DNA of 20,282 bases, taken from an uncultured Nitrososphaerales archaeon (lineage in GTDB: Archaea > Thermoproteota > Nitrososphaeria > Nitrososphaerales > Nitrososphaeraceae). Under the pieces are notes generated by a model. It searched no databases and was not told the origin of the DNA. It saw only the letters and a program-made list of their open reading frames with translations. The translations under genes were made by a program, and so were the position numbers. The stretch's first letter is position 1. Every line of letters starts with the position of its first letter. Below, in pieces: positions 18,404 to 20,282 of this stretch. The stretch spans positions 1-20,282 of the forward strand of contig CAVPXM010000027.1 of assembly GCA_963709405.1 (NCBI GenBank), given 5' to 3'.

Positions 18404-19522
18404 TTGACAATATCTGCTTATATTATAAGCAAACACAATATTAAACAAGCCAATATTTCAGAGCCACTAGCAGTTAGAAAAGAGATGGTGGAAAACCCAG
18501 AGGAGTCGTTATGGATCCACGCTGATGATCCTGGCAATATTTTTAATTTACAAGACGTTTTTGGTTTACATCCATTAACAGTAGACGCGATAGTTCACAG
18601 ACATCAACCTTCCAAAATAGAAGAATATGATAGATATCTGTTTACAATTATAGATGGAGTACGATATGAAGAACAAAAAAGGGTCAAAGTAAAAGTGGGA
18701 GAAGAAAGTGATAAGGGAAATGATGGCGCCGCTGATAGTAATCTTGAAGAAGATGACCTATACATTTTTTTAGAGCGAAGATGGATAATTACCATAAATT
18801 TCCACGATCAGCAATTTCAGACGAATATTAAACAAAGGATCAGTAAAAGTTTGGTATCATCTCATCTATCTCCATCGGCATTATCAGAACAACATAAACA
18901 ACGGTCCTCATCATCCAGCCAAAAAAATGATACCATGGACTACAGTATAGGAATATGTGAAATGGTATATCGCTTTGCGATAGAAGAAGTTATTTCAAGC
19001 TATTATCCCGTGATAGACACGATCAATACTCAACTAGAGCAGATTGAAGACTATGTTATACTCGAAAAACCCACAAAGTCACAACTGTTAGATGTACTTT
19101 TGATTCGAAGAAAACTAAGTTTTCTAGAAAGCAGTCTTGCGATGATAACGCAAGCATTCGCAGACGTTATTAACGGAGTTGTTCATGCAAAGCTTAGCAA
19201 CGATTCTATGAGAAACATTCGCTCAATTAATGATAGAGTAGCATATTTAGAAAACAGCGTGGAGAATATGCATCAGAGAGTTATCAACTTGCGTGAAGCC
19301 TACAACTCGTCCTTAAGCGCAAACCTGAATGAAACAATCAGAACGCTTACGGTCATTGCTACAATTATTCTTCCTCTTACCTTGATAACTGGTATCTATG
19401 GTATGAATTTCGATGTCATGCCAGAGCTTCATTCACCATTAGGATACTACTATGTTTTATCATCGATGGGAGCGATAGCAGGATGCATGCTCATATATTT
19501 TAAGAAGAAGAAATGGATTTGA
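18404..19522 (+). CDS. corA: CorA family Mg2+/Co2+ transporter
   Basis: FGLHPLTVD, PSKIEEY, LNETIRTLTVIATIILPLTLITGIYGMNFDVMPEL (GMN motif), two C-terminal TM helices, KKKKWI end. TTG start. Confidence 0.96.
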   Translation: MTISAYIISKHNIKQANISEPLAVRKEMVENPEESLWIHADDPGNIFNLQDVFGLHPLTVDAIVHRHQPSKIEEYDRYLFTIIDGVRYEEQKRVKVKVGEESDKGNDGAADSNLEEDDLYIFLERRWIITINFHDQQFQTNIKQRISKSLVSSHLSPSALSEQHKQRSSSSSQKNDTMDYSIGICEMVYRFAIEEVISSYYPVIDTINTQLEQIEDYVILEKPTKSQLLDVLLIRRKLSFLESSLAMITQAFADVINGVVHAKLSNDSMRNIRSINDRVAYLENSVENMHQRVINLREAYNSSLSANLNETIRTLTVIATIILPLTLITGIYGMNFDVMPELHSPLGYYYVLSSMGAIAGCMLIYFKKKKWI

Positions 19523-20084
19523 AGCCTAATGTTATTTCGATGGATTGTATTAAAATTTAGTGGATTATTCTGTCGTGCGAGAAATAAAACTGTACGTCTT
19601 GATCTGCCGGTAATTAATGTCTTCATTCTTTGTTCTGCTATCTCTTGTTGATAGAATGTTTCAGCCGGCATTATTGCTAACCTTTACTTAATAAACACAT
19701 GTTCAATGCCTATGCCAACTTTCATTTCCTGATTTGGAAAAAAGATAGTACTAATTTGTGACAAATTTATTCGAAGGAGAAGGTGTGAGCTGATAATAGG
19801 AACCAATCGGTCGACTTATCAGTATTATTGGGAAAATATTTGCTTAGTACTAGTCGATTAGAATCTAGCGCGAACAAACTACTCTTATCAGCTCCAGTAC
19901 CTATAGCTGAAACAGCATCATGAGTTATTTTAGGGGAAGGAATTTCTTGAACTGCCTCTCATACTCTTTTCAGTATAGGACGTTCCTTTAGCATAGATTC
20001 TGAAATATCCAATAATTTCAAATGTTCCTCACATAGATATTAAGCTAATAGTTCAAGAACATGACAATAACAGAAAGAGACGAA

Positions 20085-20282
20085 GAGGTTGAATCTCCAT
20101 TATGCTCAAATCTGCAAAATCCCATACAATAATATTTGGTCTAAAAGTAACTACTGCTCCAGAATTTGTTATTATATACTAGTTGGGTTTTCCACCACCA
20201 GCACTATAAAATTCGTTGCCCTAAGCTCTAGCATACCCTCCATCATTATCAATTAGATATGTTACCTTTTTCCAATAGTTGT
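20085..20282 (-). pseudogene. Decayed C-terminus of an extracellular beta-sandwich (carbohydrate-binding/lyase-like) hypothetical protein
   Basis: NYWKKVTYLIDNDGGYARA*GNEFYSAGGGKPN*YIITNSGAVVTFRPNIIVWDFADLSIMEIQP with two in-frame stops. Resembles, from memory, the D-x-GGW...GP-x-ATFR-x-D...F-x-x-LSVREI-x-P ending of a Nitrososphaeraceae family. Runs off the window edge. Confidence 0.5.

Noticed and set aside
2935-18795. Antisense or overlapping ORFs (2935, 4145, 4533, 5628, 6952, 8125, 8236, 8516, 10582, 14412, 15389, 18604)
   Set aside because: Shadows of better-supported genes or pseudogenes, with no recognisable motifs.
11400-19912. Shared 14-mer ACCTATAGCTGAAA at 11400 and 19899
   Set aside because: About one such match is expected by chance in 20 kb, and flanks are unrelated.
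19450-20022. Broken minus-strand reading frames convergent on corA
   Set aside because: Probably a decayed gene, but no family motif is recognisable.

Overview
AT-rich (about 35% GC by eye) archaeal-looking DNA, most consistent with a soil ammonia-oxidising archaeon (Nitrososphaeraceae). That assignment is inferred from recalled gene families (two-domain multicopper oxidase, PII, poly-Asn tracts, IS6/IS630 types), not from a search. The window is an accessory, decaying region. About seven apparently intact genes (PII-like protein, SAM methyltransferase, muconolactone isomerase-family protein, multicopper oxidase, YjbQ, NADP-dependent oxidoreductase, CorA) sit among many truncated or frameshifted fragments and IS481/IS6/IS630/integrase remnants. 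Most notable: (i) an intact, ~62% GC bacterial-style muconolactone isomerase gene; (ii) three scattered, divergent copies of the C-terminus of one unknown propeller-like protein, one missed by the ORF track; (iii) a virus-like trio of translationally coupled small ORFs; (iv) a 168-bp near-identical duplication enclosing foreign gene scraps; (v) a PII paralog lacking its nucleotide-binding motifs; (vi) a type-C two-domain MCO with a Leu axial position and an Ig-like tail. I saw no rRNA, tRNA, CRISPR array or reverse transcriptase, and I cannot demonstrate a complete new multi-gene system from this window alone.
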